Below the pieces are notes generated by a model that did no database searches, was not told the origin of the DNA, and worked only from the letters and a program-made list of their open reading frames with translations. A DNA stretch of 50,932 nt. Origin: Crocinitomicaceae bacterium (GTDB taxonomy: Bacteria > Bacteroidota > Bacteroidia > Flavobacteriales_D > Crocinitomicaceae). The position numbers and the translations under genes are program-made. The stretch is from assembly GCA_023253775.1 (NCBI GenBank), contig JALRFI010000095.1, forward strand, positions 1 through 50,932, given 5' to 3'. Shown here piece after piece: positions 20,424 to 29,183 of this stretch (positions are counted from its first letter, which is position 1; every line of letters starts with the position of its first letter).

Positions 20424-21992
20424 ATGATTTATTTCCCCTCTAAAAAATCGCTCGAACATACATTGGCTGCTGTTTTCAAAGAATCTGTTGCTACACGATC
20501 ATTACTTGAAGACTATTCGAATGAACTTGCTGGAAAAGGGGAACATGAGCAGGCAAAAACACTTCACAAATTAGTTGGACAACTTGATGAGCTAGGACTT
20601 GTTTTCTGGGATTGGATTGATCAATCAAATGACTTGTTGGCATTGCTGAATGGCAAGATGCCCAAAGTTGCATATCAAGGTCGATATAACTGGGAAAAAC
20701 ACGCCCTGTTTGGAGGGTTTCAGACATTTACCTCACCTTTTCTCTCTAGCGCGCTGATCCATCTGAACAAAGAGCTCAATTCCCAAAGTCGCTCACTTTT
20801 ATTGAGTTATTGCACTTTGCTTTCTCCTGATGAACGACTTTTTGTTGAACAGAAAATTATTCAGCCCATCATCGATCTTTCGAGTGCATCTGCCCGAAAT
20901 TGTATGGGAATTGATAAAGAAAGTGGGATTTTAGAGATCATTGAACCAATTACATCGGAAGAAATTCTATTCTCGATCAATTCACTTTCTCGTAGGTCAT
21001 ACCATCTAAAGGTCGAATATGTCGATCTGATCACGCAAATACTGGATGCACCCGGGTGCACCCCAAGACTTGCCTACCGAGTTTTGAATCGACTTACCAA
21101 TCTGGATCTGAACCCGGAACATCGTGAAAAAATAGAAGGCCTAATCAAGGATCTGAAAAAAGGAGAAGTTTCCTTGGGTAGACAGAAGCGTCCTCTTTTG
21201 GTATTCAGATGGGCCTTTGTTTTGATTCCGGCTTTTATCGCGGTTCTTGTGTTTGCTGTTTTCTGGATCAAGAATTATCAACCGCCTGTAAAAACGGCTC
21301 TAGATTCAAACAGCTCTTTCGAACAGTTTACTCCCGAAGAAAGAAGACAGCTCGACTCTTTGATCCATCTCAAAGAATCTCAGTTCCAGTTGGAGGAAGA
21401 TGACAAAGACCAGTACATGTGGACCTCTGGGACGAATGTGAGTTTAACATTGCGTCAACCCTTGCAAAATGAGTTGATGGAAAAGATCTATGAAAACTGG
21501 ATTAGAGATGCTGCATTATTTGAAAATGGAATCAATGTTCCTTGCAAAGACACTTCAAAGATCCTGGGGCCTTTCAAAAATGTCAACGCAATTTCTGAGA
21601 TTCAGGGAGATCATGAGATCCTGATGAAAAACGAAAGTGAATATTTGATCTATCTGTTCTGCTGGGAGGAATATCAATCAGGCGAAGTGTTCAGCATCGT
21701 CATCAAACCTCAGGAAAAGATCAAATTCAACATGCTGAAGAAACAACAATTGTTGTTTGTTGCTGGAAAATCCATGGATAAATTCTACAAACCTTCCAAC
21801 ACTGGCCTGGAACTTCCGGATCCAAGTTTTGATCATCATTTTTGTTCAGTCGATGCAAATTTTCATCTGAGTCTAACCACTCTCTATTCATTGGAAAGAC
21901 CAAGCTCCGGACACAATAAGATCCTGATCTCAGGATCAACTGTGGACCCTTTTGTGGTGGCTGATCTTTACGGAATACTTGAGACTAATTAA
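20424..21992 (+). CDS. hypothetical single-pass membrane protein
   Basis: Long ORF with one central hydrophobic helix (AFVLIPAFIAVLVFAVFWI) separating two ~250-aa domains; I recognise no motif. The ATG at 20424 is preferred over the track's TTG at 20412. Confidence 0.5.
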   Translation: MIYFPSKKSLEHTLAAVFKESVATRSLLEDYSNELAGKGEHEQAKTLHKLVGQLDELGLVFWDWIDQSNDLLALLNGKMPKVAYQGRYNWEKHALFGGFQTFTSPFLSSALIHLNKELNSQSRSLLLSYCTLLSPDERLFVEQKIIQPIIDLSSASARNCMGIDKESGILEIIEPITSEEILFSINSLSRRSYHLKVEYVDLITQILDAPGCTPRLAYRVLNRLTNLDLNPEHREKIEGLIKDLKKGEVSLGRQKRPLLVFRWAFVLIPAFIAVLVFAVFWIKNYQPPVKTALDSNSSFEQFTPEERRQLDSLIHLKESQFQLEEDDKDQYMWTSGTNVSLTLRQPLQNELMEKIYENWIRDAALFENGINVPCKDTSKILGPFKNVNAISEIQGDHEILMKNESEYLIYLFCWEEYQSGEVFSIVIKPQEKIKFNMLKKQQLLFVAGKSMDKFYKPSNTGLELPDPSFDHHFCSVDANFHLSLTTLYSLERPSSGHNKILISGSTVDPFVVADLYGILETN

Positions 21993-22031
21993 GGAAAACT
22001 GATTATCTTTAGGTTCCTCAATTGAATCGTT

Positions 22032-23252
22032 ATGAAGAGAATTATTTTTTCGTTAGGCATTATCCTTTCTTTCCAGGTTGCTTATGGTCAATATGGATTT
22101 TCTGAACCAAACAGCAATGCTGAAGGAAGTACCTATAAATTTTCTAAGATTGCCAAACTCGATGCTACTCCGGTAGAGAGTCAAGGGATTACAGGAACTT
22201 GCTGGAGCTTTTCGGCACTATCCTTTTTTGAATCAGAGTTGATCCGAAAGGGGGACGCGAATCCTGACCTTTTATCTGAAATGTTCATTGTGCGAAAGGC
22301 ATATGAAAGCAAAGCTGAAAAATACATTCGAATGGATGGCAAGATCAATTTTGCCGAGGGGGGTGCTTTTCATGACATTCCATATGTGATCAGAAATTAT
22401 GGGATTGTTCCGAAATCAGTGTATTCCGGGTTGAATTATGGAAAAGACAGTCATGATCATTCTGAATTATTCGCAGTTTTGAACGGTGCTATGCAAGGTC
22501 TGTTGAGTTATGTTCAAAGCGGAAGCGCGCGAAGTGGATTGACCACCGCATGGATTCCGGCAATGAACGGAATTCTTGACGCTTATCTCGGGGCAGACGT
22601 TAAAGAGTTTGAATTCGAAGGAAAGAAATACACGCCAAAATCATACGCTAAAGCGATCGGTTTAAACATGGATGAATATGTTTCTTTGACCTCCTTCACG
22701 AACCACGAAATGTATAAGAAGTGTCATTTGGCTATTCCTGACAACTGGGCGTGGGGTGAAAGCTACAATGTGGGGTTGAACGAGCTTTTTGAGGCTTGTG
22801 AGCACGCACTTAAAAATGGCTATACGCTAGCATGGGGAGCCGACGTTTCAGAAAAAGGCTTCTCTTTTTCAAACGGACTTGCACTTGTCCCTGAAGACCC
22901 TTCAACAATTCAGGTGAAAGGGAAAGACAATAAAAACTTCAGTGATGCAGGAGCAGACAAGAATTCGAATGCATTCTTAACACCTGTGAAAGAGTTGGAG
23001 ATCACTCCGGAAGTTAGACAGGAAGCATATGATAACAAGACTACGACGGATGACCATGGAATGCACATTGTTGGTATTTACAAGGACCAGAATGGCACGA
23101 AGTATTTGTTGGTGAAGAACTCATGGGGGACTGGAAATTATCCTGAAGGTTTCCTTTATGTTTCTGAAAATTACTTCATGTATAAAACGATCAATATCTA
23201 TTTGCATAAAGATGGTGTTGCGCCAGCTTTAAGGAAAAAGCTTGGTATTTAA
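22032..23252 (+). CDS. pepC: C1-family cysteine peptidase (aminopeptidase C / bleomycin hydrolase-like) with a signal peptide
   Basis: Catalytic Cys context QGITGTCWSFSAL, a late His (DDHGMHIVG) and NSWG motif, and an N-terminal signal sequence ending AYGQ. Confidence 0.8.
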   Translation: MKRIIFSLGIILSFQVAYGQYGFSEPNSNAEGSTYKFSKIAKLDATPVESQGITGTCWSFSALSFFESELIRKGDANPDLLSEMFIVRKAYESKAEKYIRMDGKINFAEGGAFHDIPYVIRNYGIVPKSVYSGLNYGKDSHDHSELFAVLNGAMQGLLSYVQSGSARSGLTTAWIPAMNGILDAYLGADVKEFEFEGKKYTPKSYAKAIGLNMDEYVSLTSFTNHEMYKKCHLAIPDNWAWGESYNVGLNELFEACEHALKNGYTLAWGADVSEKGFSFSNGLALVPEDPSTIQVKGKDNKNFSDAGADKNSNAFLTPVKELEITPEVRQEAYDNKTTTDDHGMHIVGIYKDQNGTKYLLVKNSWGTGNYPEGFLYVSENYFMYKTINIYLHKDGVAPALRKKLGI

Positions 23253-23312
23253 GGGTTTATAGTTGTCTCCTTTCGTTTTATTGTTTACATTAGGGGAAAC
23301 CAATGCTACAAT

Positions 23313-23606
23313 ATGGAAAGACTAACTCCTGCAGAAGAGCTGGTAATGTTGAAGTTGTGGAAACTAGAGAAAGGTAACGTAAAGCAGATCCTTGAGCTGT
23401 ATAAAGACCCAAAACCTGCCTACAATACAACATCCACTATCGTTCGAATCCTTGAACGAAAGAAGTTTATTAAACATAAAGCCATTGGTCGGGGATATAT
23501 TTACAAGCCCAAGATCACTAGAGAGAAATATAGGGAATACTTGTTAAAACACCTTCTAACGAACTATTTTGATAATAAAAAGGACGAGCTTAGATCAATG
23601 ATCTGA
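23313..23606 (+). CDS. BlaI/MecI/CopY-family winged-helix repressor (short, 97 aa)
   Basis: LTPAEELVMLKLW...PKPAYNTTSTIVRILERKKFI...GRGYIYKP matches the BlaI-type N-terminal wHTH. The C-terminal part is shorter than the ~120 aa I expect. Confidence 0.7.
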   Translation: MERLTPAEELVMLKLWKLEKGNVKQILELYKDPKPAYNTTSTIVRILERKKFIKHKAIGRGYIYKPKITREKYREYLLKHLLTNYFDNKKDELRSMI

Positions 23607-24674
23607 TTTCTTCTCGGCGCACTGGAGAGCATAATATGCAAAGGAGGCAAGCCAGTGCTCGCCCATGTAATCTCCGTCGACAATTGAGGGTAATGAAAAG
23701 GCCATGTGTTCGTCAGCAACTATTCTAAGATGAGTATACTTGTCGCTGATCATGGATATTTGATACAGGCACCAGGCTCTACTGAAATTCAATCCATCCA
23801 AATGCACCAGTTTTCCATCTGAACGATCACTTACGACTCCAGGTTTAAGCTCGAAATTCTTTTTGGACAATTCAGGTAAAAACTTTTTTAACCAACTGAT
23901 GTATTCCTTTTCAGGCATTAATCTCCTCATTAGATCAGCTTCCATGAGCGCAGGAGAAATGAAATCATATCCACTCGGTTCAAGGTATAGTGGGTAGTTA
24001 TTATCCAGCTTGAAAAAAGAAAAGGCCTTGTCTCGGATCAACGTCTGAAAAGAAGTATCCTTCGAGTGGACGGCATAATCCCATGCAAAACACAATCCAA
24101 AAGCCGTATTGATGTGCTCGCCATTGCGGATCGGATAATTTAGTTTAGGTAAATACTCCTTGTATTTCTCAACGATCAGATCACTTAATGGTCTTAATGT
24201 TTGACCATATCTCAAAAGTTGGGTTTGACCACTTTGATCCAGCTCCATTTGTAATTTCAACAGCCATGCCCATCCATACGTGCGTTCAAATGAAGCATTG
24301 TATTTATTTGAATTGAAGTACTCTATTTCTTTCGATACCTTTTCTGTAGTGAATTGACGAGCAAGTATGAAATACAACGTATCTTTGTTCGCCAATTCTT
24401 CATCACGATTCAGAATGGCAGCGATCAACCAATGTCCATGTACTGAAGAATGCCAATCAAAACAGCCGTAAAACATGGGGTGAAGTTCATCCGGTGACAG
24501 CAAATCCTCATCAGATGTGATCACCTGATTCAGCTTATTCGGATATTCAACATTCAAACATTTTACCGGCAAGGAAAGTAGACGATTCAATTGCTCCTTA
24601 CTCAAATTGAGATCTGTCTGCACAAAAGCATGCAAGGAGGATATAAGAAAAGGGATCAGTAAATGGATCTTCAT
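23595..24674 (-). CDS. secreted DUF2891-like protein
   Basis: Signal peptide. The CFDWHSSVHGHW motif matches my recollection of the DUF2891 family. There is a 4-nt overlap with the dxr stop. Confidence 0.5.
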   Translation of the reverse strand: MKIHLLIPFLISSLHAFVQTDLNLSKEQLNRLLSLPVKCLNVEYPNKLNQVITSDEDLLSPDELHPMFYGCFDWHSSVHGHWLIAAILNRDEELANKDTLYFILARQFTTEKVSKEIEYFNSNKYNASFERTYGWAWLLKLQMELDQSGQTQLLRYGQTLRPLSDLIVEKYKEYLPKLNYPIRNGEHINTAFGLCFAWDYAVHSKDTSFQTLIRDKAFSFFKLDNNYPLYLEPSGYDFISPALMEADLMRRLMPEKEYISWLKKFLPELSKKNFELKPGVVSDRSDGKLVHLDGLNFSRAWCLYQISMISDKYTHLRIVADEHMAFSLPSIVDGDYMGEHWLASFAYYALQCAEKKSDH

Positions 24675-25837
24675 CCCAGCTTTTTGATCAGTTCAGTAGC
24701 ATACAATCTTGCCGCTTTATCGCTTTCTACAAAATCCTCATATTCCGGATTTTGAACAGAATTCAAGGAAAACAATGTTTCTTCATTTATGCGCGCGATA
24801 TCCAGAAACCCGATCCTATCCTGTAAAAATGCCTCAACCGAAATCTCATTTGCTGCATTCAATAAACATGCTCGGGTACCTTTATGGTCCATGGCAACGA
24901 AAGCAAGATCGAGATTCTTGAAGACTTTACGATCCGGTTGTTCGAAGGTCAACTTTGGATAATCCATAAAGTTGAATCGTGGAAAATCGGTTTTGAATCG
25001 TTCAGGATAAGTCAGCGCAAACTGGATAGGCAATTTCATGTCCGGCAATCCCATCTGAGCCTTCATGCTTCCATCCTCGAATTGAACCAAAGAATGAACG
25101 ATCGATTGCGGATGAACGATCACATCGATCTGATCCGGACGAAGGTTGAAGAGCCATTTTGCTTCGATCACTTCGAGTCCTTTATTCATTAAAGAGGCAG
25201 AATCAATTGTGATCTTTGCGCCCATTGTCCAGTTCGGATGTTTTAACGCCTGCTCTTTTTTAACCCCCTTCAATTGTTCTTCGGTCCAACCTCTGAAAGG
25301 TCCACCTGAAGCAGTTAAATAGATCTTTTCGATCGGGTTCTGGAACTCGCCGACCAAACATTGAAAAATTGCGGAATGCTCTGAATCCACGGGGTAAATA
25401 TTCACTCCTTTTTCTCTTGCTCGTTGAGTAACAAGTTCACCCGCAACAACAAGCGTTTCCTTATTGGCAAGAGCAATTGTTTTTCCAGCGTCAATCGCTC
25501 TCAGTGTTGGTTTTAATCCAGCATATCCCACCAGGGCAGTGAGAACAACATCAACTTCTCCAGATTCGACTACCTGGCAGATCGCATCTTCTCCGGCATA
25601 TACGTGGATGTCCTCATTCCATAAAGCATCTTTAACTTTCTGATATAATGAAGTATCGCCGATCACTACTGAATTCGGTTGGAATTTAATCGCCTGTTCG
25701 ATCAACAGATCTGCATTCTTACCTGCAGTGATCACTTCAAGACTGAATTTTTCCGGATATGCCTCCAGCACCTCAAGCGCCTGAGTGCCGATCGAACCTG
25801 TTGATCCAAGAATGGCGATCCCCTTTTTTCTTTCCAT
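24671..25837 (-). CDS. dxr: 1-deoxy-D-xylulose-5-phosphate reductoisomerase
   Basis: N-terminal NADPH motif ILGSTGSIGTQAL, then LANKE, DSEHSA and NKGLE motifs. I set the start at the ATG at 25837 (MERKKGIAILGS...) because the 39-codon upstream extension in the track has no Dxr counterpart and contains the promoter box. Confidence 0.9.
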   Translation of the reverse strand: MERKKGIAILGSTGSIGTQALEVLEAYPEKFSLEVITAGKNADLLIEQAIKFQPNSVVIGDTSLYQKVKDALWNEDIHVYAGEDAICQVVESGEVDVVLTALVGYAGLKPTLRAIDAGKTIALANKETLVVAGELVTQRAREKGVNIYPVDSEHSAIFQCLVGEFQNPIEKIYLTASGGPFRGWTEEQLKGVKKEQALKHPNWTMGAKITIDSASLMNKGLEVIEAKWLFNLRPDQIDVIVHPQSIVHSLVQFEDGSMKAQMGLPDMKLPIQFALTYPERFKTDFPRFNFMDYPKLTFEQPDRKVFKNLDLAFVAMDHKGTRACLLNAANEISVEAFLQDRIGFLDIARINEETLFSLNSVQNPEYEDFVESDKAARLYATELIKKLG

Positions 25838-25842
25838 ACGTA

Positions 25843-25850
25843 CAAAAATA
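25843..25850 (-). promoter_or_regulatory. putative -7 box (TATTTTTG) for dxr
   Basis: Exact TAnnTTTG match on the minus strand, only 5 nt upstream of the revised dxr ATG (leaderless-type arrangement). Confidence 0.45.
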
Positions 25851-25969
25851 GACAAAGAACATGATGGTTTTGTTCTATTCCATTTTTCATAGAACATGAA
25901 AGTCAATTTTTTGATTCTGCTTCCCAACAACTTTTGATTTTTTAACCTTTTCACTTCTTAGAGAATCCT

Positions 25970-25977
25970 TACTTTTG
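25970..25977 (+). promoter_or_regulatory. putative -7 box (TACTTTTG) for metF
   Basis: Exact TAnnTTTG match 18 nt upstream of the ATG at 25996. Confidence 0.4.
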
Positions 25978-25995
25978 TCGCTCATTGAACATTAA

Positions 25996-26946
25996 ATGAA
26001 AGTAACGCAACATTTAAACGAAGCGAAAGGCACACTATTCTCGTTTGAGATCTTGCCTCCATTGAAAGGAAAAAGTATTCAGTCAATTTTTGACGGGATC
26101 GATCCTTTGATGGAATTCAAGCCACGCTTTGTTAATGTTACCTACCACAGAGAAGAGTATATATACAAGGAGCGCGAAAACGGGCTTCTTGAAAAAATTG
26201 CCATTCGTAAAAGACCTGGTACCGTTGGGATCTGTGCTGCCATCATGAACAAGTACCATGTAGATGCAGTCCCACATTTGATCTGCGGTGGATTCAGCAA
26301 AGAAGAAACTGAAAATGCGTTGATCGACCTTCAATTCCTGGGGATTGACAACGTTCTTGCATTAAGAGGCGACTCCATTAAAACAGAGTCGGCCTTCAGG
26401 CCTCACAACGAAGGACACCGCTATGCCGTGGAATTGATCAAGCAGATTGGTGAAATGAACCACGGAAATTATATGGTGGAGGATATTAAAATGGAGCCAA
26501 CCAATTTTTGTATTGGCGCCGCCGGATATCCAGAGAAACATTTTGAGGCAATGAACATGTCCACTGATCTTCAGTATTTAAAGGATAAGGTTGATGCCGG
26601 AGCTGAATATATTGTCACTCAAATGTTCTTTGATAATCAGAAGTATTTCAATTTTGTGGATCAATGTCGTGCAATTGGAATTCAAGTTCCCATCATCCCG
26701 GGATTAAAACCGGTAAAGACTATTGATCACATTACTTTTCTTCCAAAGTTTTTCAAAATTGACTACCCAGAAGCTCTTTCGAAAGAGCTTCTGAAGTGCA
26801 AAGACAGCAAACAGGTTGAAGAGCTGGGAATCGATTGGGGAATTCAACAGTCGAAAGAATTAAAAGAGGCCGGCGTTCCTTGCATACACTATTATACAAT
26901 GTCAAATTCATCCCAGGTGAGAGCGATCGCCAAGGAGATATTCTAA
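25996..26946 (+). CDS. metF: 5,10-methylenetetrahydrofolate reductase
   Basis: 316 aa. N-terminal FSFEILPPLKG, then LALRGD and an AAGYPEKH-type segment typical of MetF. Confidence 0.85.
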   Translation: MKVTQHLNEAKGTLFSFEILPPLKGKSIQSIFDGIDPLMEFKPRFVNVTYHREEYIYKERENGLLEKIAIRKRPGTVGICAAIMNKYHVDAVPHLICGGFSKEETENALIDLQFLGIDNVLALRGDSIKTESAFRPHNEGHRYAVELIKQIGEMNHGNYMVEDIKMEPTNFCIGAAGYPEKHFEAMNMSTDLQYLKDKVDAGAEYIVTQMFFDNQKYFNFVDQCRAIGIQVPIIPGLKPVKTIDHITFLPKFFKIDYPEALSKELLKCKDSKQVEELGIDWGIQQSKELKEAGVPCIHYYTMSNSSQVRAIAKEIF

Positions 26947-26952
26947 TAAGCC

Positions 26953-27489
26953 ATGAAGATATTTTTAGCTATCATTTCTGTCGTTCTGCTGTCTTGCGCA
27001 AATGCTCAATTGTCCGAGCTCAATCTAAACAATGCCCTTGTTGTTGGTCAGTTGGATAAGCCTGAAGATCGATTTTCAGTAGAGATCAACGTTTCAGAAT
27101 TATTGAGTAACAATGGGGTTAAAGCAATGCCCTCTTTAAATGTGCTTAAACTTGGAAGCAATAGTGAAAATTTGGGTACGGATTCCATTCAAAAGATGGT
27201 TCAAAGTAAAGGTATTGATACTTACCTCATCATTAATGTTCGTGGGTATGATAAAAAATTCAAGCCAACAACAAGGAAGGATAATCTGCAAATAGCTTTG
27301 GCGGCGGGAAGCTTGTTTCCGATTTATCGCGAAGAGGTAACTTCAGTGACTTTCGAATTTCTGTTTTATAAAAATGGTGAATTCTTAGCCGCGGATATTG
27401 TTCGTTGCAAAAATGTATCCAATCGGGATTCTGTATTAAAGAAGCTTAGAAAAGCACTTGAAAAGCGAATTGTTAAGAGTTGGAAATAG
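26953..27489 (+). CDS. hypothetical lipoprotein
   Basis: Lipobox-like signal (VVLLSCANAQ). It lies 6 nt downstream of metF. I recognise no motif. Confidence 0.5.
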   Translation: MKIFLAIISVVLLSCANAQLSELNLNNALVVGQLDKPEDRFSVEINVSELLSNNGVKAMPSLNVLKLGSNSENLGTDSIQKMVQSKGIDTYLIINVRGYDKKFKPTTRKDNLQIALAAGSLFPIYREEVTSVTFEFLFYKNGEFLAADIVRCKNVSNRDSVLKKLRKALEKRIVKSWK

Positions 27490-27491
27490 GA

Positions 27492-28070
27492 TCATTTCCC
27501 CAATAAACGCGCTACGTATTTTCCGATAATATCAAATTCGAGGTTTACCTCATCTCCTGCTTTCAGTTGATGGAAGTTTGTGAATTCATACGTGTAAGGA
27601 ATTATACATACAGCAAAAGATCTTTCCTTAGAATCGACCACAGTAAGACTGGTTCCATTTATGGTTATTGAACCTTTTTCGACCGTAGGGTATTCGCCAG
27701 AATACTCAAATGTGAATTTCCAGCTGCCATTTTGATCTTCAACCCCAACACAGCGTCCAATGGTATCAACATGCCCTTGTACAATATGCCCATCCAATCT
27801 TCCATTCATCACCATACATCTTTCGAGGTTAACTTTTGTTCCAACGTCCCATGATCCCAAGTTGGTTTTATCAAGTGTTTCCCGTATTGCGGTCACTACA
27901 TATTTATGATCAAAGATCTTTACGACGGTCAGGCAACACCCGTTGTGCGCGACACTTTGATCGATCCTCAATTCGGGAGTCATGGCCGCCTCAATAGTGA
28001 AATGCACATTGTCATTTTCACGTACCATATCAGTTACTGTCCCCAGCTGTTCAATTATCCCTGTAAACAT
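27492..28070 (-). CDS. ribE: riboflavin synthase alpha chain
   Basis: Canonical MFTGIIE N-terminus, an internal duplication (GHIVQGHVD), 192 aa. Confidence 0.9.
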   Translation of the reverse strand: MFTGIIEQLGTVTDMVRENDNVHFTIEAAMTPELRIDQSVAHNGCCLTVVKIFDHKYVVTAIRETLDKTNLGSWDVGTKVNLERCMVMNGRLDGHIVQGHVDTIGRCVGVEDQNGSWKFTFEYSGEYPTVEKGSITINGTSLTVVDSKERSFAVCIIPYTYEFTNFHQLKAGDEVNLEFDIIGKYVARLLGK

Positions 28071-28082
28071 CTATTTTTTTTA

Positions 28083-28090
28083 CAAAGATA
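28083..28090 (-). promoter_or_regulatory. putative -7 box (TATCTTTG) for ribE
   Basis: Exact TAnnTTTG match on the minus strand, 12 nt upstream of the ATG at 28070. Confidence 0.4.
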
Positions 28091-28141
28091 GTTGTTCAGG
28101 CGTATCATGTGAATTAACTTTACTGAGCATTTAAGCATAAC

Positions 28142-29044
28142 ATGTATATTCCTTCCCTTGAAGATCTGCATCCTGTAAGAGTACTTCTGAATACGTACTT
28201 GAAATACAAGCATTTTCAATTCTCACGATACGGGATTCGAGAGCACTTCTATCACGATGAGGAATTCGATATCCATTACTATAAGGGTGGAAAAGGTCCG
28301 GTCCTGTTGTTCATTCATGGTTTTGCTTTGGATGCGATGTTGAACTGGTCGGAGCTCATGATCCCACTTTCGAAGCATTTTACGGTAATCGCTCCGGACC
28401 TGCTGTGGTTCGGACAAAGTCATTCTTCTCTTGAGCCAGTTCTTGGAACACAAACCACTGGAATAAAAAGGCTTCTCGAAAAAGAAGGCGTTAAAAAATA
28501 TTCATTGATCGGACAAAGTTATGGAGGGTTTGTTGCTGTTGACTTAATGCTTGATCACCCGAAAAGAATAAGAAAAGCTTGTATTGCAAATAGTCCTGGG
28601 CCAGAATTCCGGGAAGAAAAGCTGACACCTTTACTGGACAAACATCGATTAGAACATGTGAGTGATTTCTTTGTGATGGAAGACCATAAGCATTTACAAC
28701 GATTAGTGTCGATGGCAAGTCACAAAAAACCTGAGTTTCCTGAAATGATCCTCAAGGAATTACATCGGGTTTATTTCTCAGAACATCTGGACCAATGGGA
28801 TAATCTTTTGAGAACTTTACCGAAAGAAAGAGAAAGGATCCCTACTCTTGAGCAGCTAAAACAAATTGAAACACTTGTGCTTTGGGGTGATCATGATGTT
28901 TTGTTCCCCTATGAAGAGGGGGACAATTTTTCCAAATCAATCGATGCGCAATTTGTTTCTATTCCGAATTCCGGCCATACGCCACAACTGGATGATCTCG
29001 ACACATTCAAAAAGATAGTAGTGGATTTCTTTTTAAAGAAATAA
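28142..29044 (+). CDS. alpha/beta-fold hydrolase
   Basis: HGF oxyanion region (LLFIHGFAL), nucleophile elbow GQSYGG, and a late His (NSGHTPQLD). Confidence 0.8.
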   Translation: MYIPSLEDLHPVRVLLNTYLKYKHFQFSRYGIREHFYHDEEFDIHYYKGGKGPVLLFIHGFALDAMLNWSELMIPLSKHFTVIAPDLLWFGQSHSSLEPVLGTQTTGIKRLLEKEGVKKYSLIGQSYGGFVAVDLMLDHPKRIRKACIANSPGPEFREEKLTPLLDKHRLEHVSDFFVMEDHKHLQRLVSMASHKKPEFPEMILKELHRVYFSEHLDQWDNLLRTLPKERERIPTLEQLKQIETLVLWGDHDVLFPYEEGDNFSKSIDAQFVSIPNSGHTPQLDDLDTFKKIVVDFFLKK

Positions 29045-29130
29045 TCAACTTATATCCCACCGCAGCGCTTCAAACAAAAAGCACCACTAAGTTTACAAAG
29101 CAAAGATTAATTAATACTCAGATAAAAACT

Positions 29131-29163
29131 ATAAAAAATGCAAAAGGGGGCCGAGGCCCCCTT
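29131..29163 (-). terminator. intrinsic terminator after the adhesin gene
   Basis: The minus strand reads AAGGGGGCC-TC-GGCCCCCTT (GC-rich hairpin) followed by TTGCATTTTTT. Confidence 0.65.
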
Positions 29164-29183
29164 GAGTTTAATTAAAACTGGAA

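Noticed and set aside
25838-25954. The 39-codon N-terminal extension of dxr in the track
   Set aside because: Dxr proteins begin just before the GSTGSIG NADPH motif. The extension contains an exact -7 box 5 nt upstream of the internal ATG.
25838-25995. A possible SAM or other riboswitch upstream of metF
   Set aside because: The -7 box leaves a leader of only about 12-18 nt. I could not find the conserved SAM-I core elements or a terminator/antiterminator pair.
28071-28141. A possible FMN riboswitch upstream of ribE
   Set aside because: The spacer is only 71 nt with a -7 box 12 nt from the ATG, which is too short for an FMN aptamer plus expression platform.
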